Below are positions 62,502-64,000 of a stretch of 64,000 nt of DNA, one piece after another; the stretch's first letter is position 1, and each line of letters begins with the position of its first letter. Where the stretch lies: NCBI GenBank assembly GCA_040902205.1, contig JBBDXR010000033.1:69673-133672 (forward strand), written 5' to 3'. The notes below the pieces were generated by a model. That model had not been told where the DNA came from. It saw nothing but the letters and a program-made list of their open reading frames with translations, and searched no databases. A program made the translations under genes and the position numbers. The stretch comes from Anaerolineales bacterium. GTDB lineage: Bacteria > Chloroflexota > Anaerolineae > Anaerolineales > UBA11579.

Positions 62502-63100
62502 ACGCACGCTTAGGCGTCTTCGGGGGCACCTTCGACCCGCCGCACCTCGGCCATCTGATCCTGGCCGCCGAGGCTCAGGCGCAGCTTAAGCTGGAGAAAG
62601 TGCTCTTCGTGCTCACCGCTGACCCACCGCACAAACGCGGCCGCCAGCTTTCGCCGGTCGAAGACCGCTTGGCCATGCTGCAAGCCGCCATCCAGGGCCA
62701 ATCCATATTTGACCTCTCCCGCGTTGAACTCGACCGGCCCGGGCCGCATTACTCAGTGGACACGCTGCGGATACTAGCTGCAGAGCATCCAGGGATGGAC
62801 CTGGTCTATTTGATCGGCGGCGACTCGCTGCGCGATCTGCACAAATGGGACCGGCCCCGCGAATTCCTGGCGGCCTGCAGCGGCCTGGGGATCATGCGCC
62901 GCCCCGGCACGCGCCTCGACCTTGGCGACCTGGAGCGCGCCCTGCCGGGCTTAAGCGCCAAACTGGAATTCGTGGACGCGCCTTTGCTCGAGATCTCGTC
63001 GAGCGAGATCCGCGAGCGGGTGCGCGACGGCGGCCACTATCGCTTCTACCTTCCCGGCGCCGTCTTCGAACTTATTCGCCAACGAGGATTGTATAAGTAG
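62498..63100 (+). CDS. nadD: nicotinate-nucleotide adenylyltransferase
   Basis: The ATG at 62498 overlaps the obg TGA (ATGA). Motifs: GVFGGTFDPPHLGH, SSSEIRERV. Confidence 0.9.
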   Translation: MNARLGVFGGTFDPPHLGHLILAAEAQAQLKLEKVLFVLTADPPHKRGRQLSPVEDRLAMLQAAIQGQSIFDLSRVELDRPGPHYSVDTLRILAAEHPGMDLVYLIGGDSLRDLHKWDRPREFLAACSGLGIMRRPGTRLDLGDLERALPGLSAKLEFVDAPLLEISSSEIRERVRDGGHYRFYLPGAVFELIRQRGLYK

Positions 63101-63151
63101 GGGCGAGGTCTCCTCGCCCCTCCTCTGTAGGGGCGGGTCTAAGACCCGCCC
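63097..63151 (+). repeat. repeat family B: variant (63097-63120) plus canonical copy (63126-63151)
   Basis: GTAGGGGCGAGGTCTCCTCGCCCC overlaps the nadD stop codon, followed by TGTAGGGGCGGGTCTAAGACCCGCCC. Confidence 0.8.
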
Positions 63152-63155
63152 GATG

Positions 63156-64000
63156 TCAATTAGGGGGAACAAAATACTCGCCAATGATCGGGTCTAGCTC
63201 TGCATCGCCATACTGCCTAAGCAGCGTGAAAAAATCCTCCGCAGTGACGATCTTCCCTGCGCCTTCTTCCGCCCAGGCGCGCAGGAACGCGAAAAAGGCC
63301 TCGTCGCCCAGTGCGCCGCGCACTGCGTGCAGGAACTGCGCCCCGCGCATGTACACTGCGTGCACATATGGCGAGAACTGGGTGAACTCATAGATCGTGC
63401 TATTCACCCAGCCCACGGGTCGGAAGCGGTCAATGCGGAACTCCCACCACCATTCCACCAATTCCGGGTATGCCTTCTCGTAATAGAGCAGTTCGCTGTA
63501 AATGCACAGCGCCTCGTCCAGCCACGGCTCCAGCGCCTGGTCGTTGCCCACCTGGCCGAACCACCAGTTGTGCGCGATCTCGTGCGCCGTGAGCGCCGTT
63601 AGATAATTGCGCCGGTCATAGCTGTAGCTTTGGAAATAGAATTGATCGAGGAAGAACAGACCATCGGATTCCATACCGTCCGCAAACTCCGCCTCCACGA
63701 TGGCCAGGCTTTCATACGAATAAGGCCCGTACAACTCCCCGTAAATGCCCAGCGCCTGCTTGGCAACCTCCAGCGAAGCTTCGGCTGCATCGCGCTGCTC
63801 CTCGAAGAAATAGATCGAGATGGGTACTCCATCTTGTTGGCTATGCAATTGCTGGTACTGGCCGCCGGCCGACCACACAAAACGCCGCGCGTTATGCAGG
63901 CGATAATCCCAGCCTTCCCCATTGGCGATCCCAAGCGCCGGCGTCGCCAGGCTCAAACTGGCCGGCGCATTCACCACTTTGATATGCACATCGAAATCCG
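63156..64000 (-). CDS. M1-family zinc metallopeptidase, N-terminus outside window
   Basis: HEIAHNWWFGQVGNDQALEPWLDEAL (HExxH-X18-E). The reading frame stays open to the window edge beyond the GTG at 63989. Confidence 0.8.
   Translation of the reverse strand, partial: DFDVHIKVVNAPASLSLATPALGIANGEGWDYRLHNARRFVWSAGGQYQQLHSQQDGVPISIYFFEEQRDAAEASLEVAKQALGIYGELYGPYSYESLAIVEAEFADGMESDGLFFLDQFYFQSYSYDRRNYLTALTAHEIAHNWWFGQVGNDQALEPWLDEALCIYSELLYYEKAYPELVEWWWEFRIDRFRPVGWVNSTIYEFTQFSPYVHAVYMRGAQFLHAVRGALGDEAFFAFLRAWAEEGAGKIVTAEDFFTLLRQYGDAELDPIIGEYFVPPN

Overview
This is a high-GC bacterial chromosomal segment. Sampled 60-nt lines run about 60-72% G+C, and genes are dense on both strands. I recognise about 65 protein genes and 4 tRNAs. 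I found no rRNA, CRISPR array, transposase or integrase.

Housekeeping content: priA; a fused glyQS; recO; a tRNA-Phe/Gly/Cys cluster; rnhA; dnaA with an ~0.8 kb AT-richer upstream spacer (candidate oriC); yebC-ruvC-X-ruvA; proC; atpAGDC; mreB; rex; obg-nadD.

Accessory or unusual content:
- A divergent Elp3 (radical-SAM/GNAT) and Trm9-like methyltransferase pair. This looks like a compact eukaryote/archaeal-type (m)cm5U34 tRNA wobble-modification module in a bacterium.
- A translationally coupled DprE2/DprE1-like epimerase pair, plus two large GT-C membrane glycosyltransferases about 28 kb away.
- A YkoEDC-type ECF importer with an extra small membrane ORF and a ChuX/HutX-like protein. No TPP riboswitch is present.
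- A ~5 kb lower-GC stress islet (CsbD, YtxH, lmo0937-like, YggT, GAF-kinase/NarL pair) bounded by tRNA-Pro and an 18/20 direct copy of its 3' end.
- A ~2 kb strongly AT-shifted two-gene insert between mreB and rex.
- Two dispersed repeat families plus a third looser motif set. One family sits in-frame inside two coding genes, including the linker that fuses GlyQ to GlyS.
- A repeat-invaded atpA-atpG spacer carrying a uORF that re-encodes the first 8 residues of AtpG with synonymous codons.
- Rex-box-like operators at the atpA promoter and upstream of a CoA-transferase gene.

A Chloroflexota-like lineage is only an inference from gene content (bacterial Elp3, repeat types). Function calls rest on motif recognition from memory, with no database searches. 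Coordinates of motifs, repeats and start codons were read directly from the sequence.
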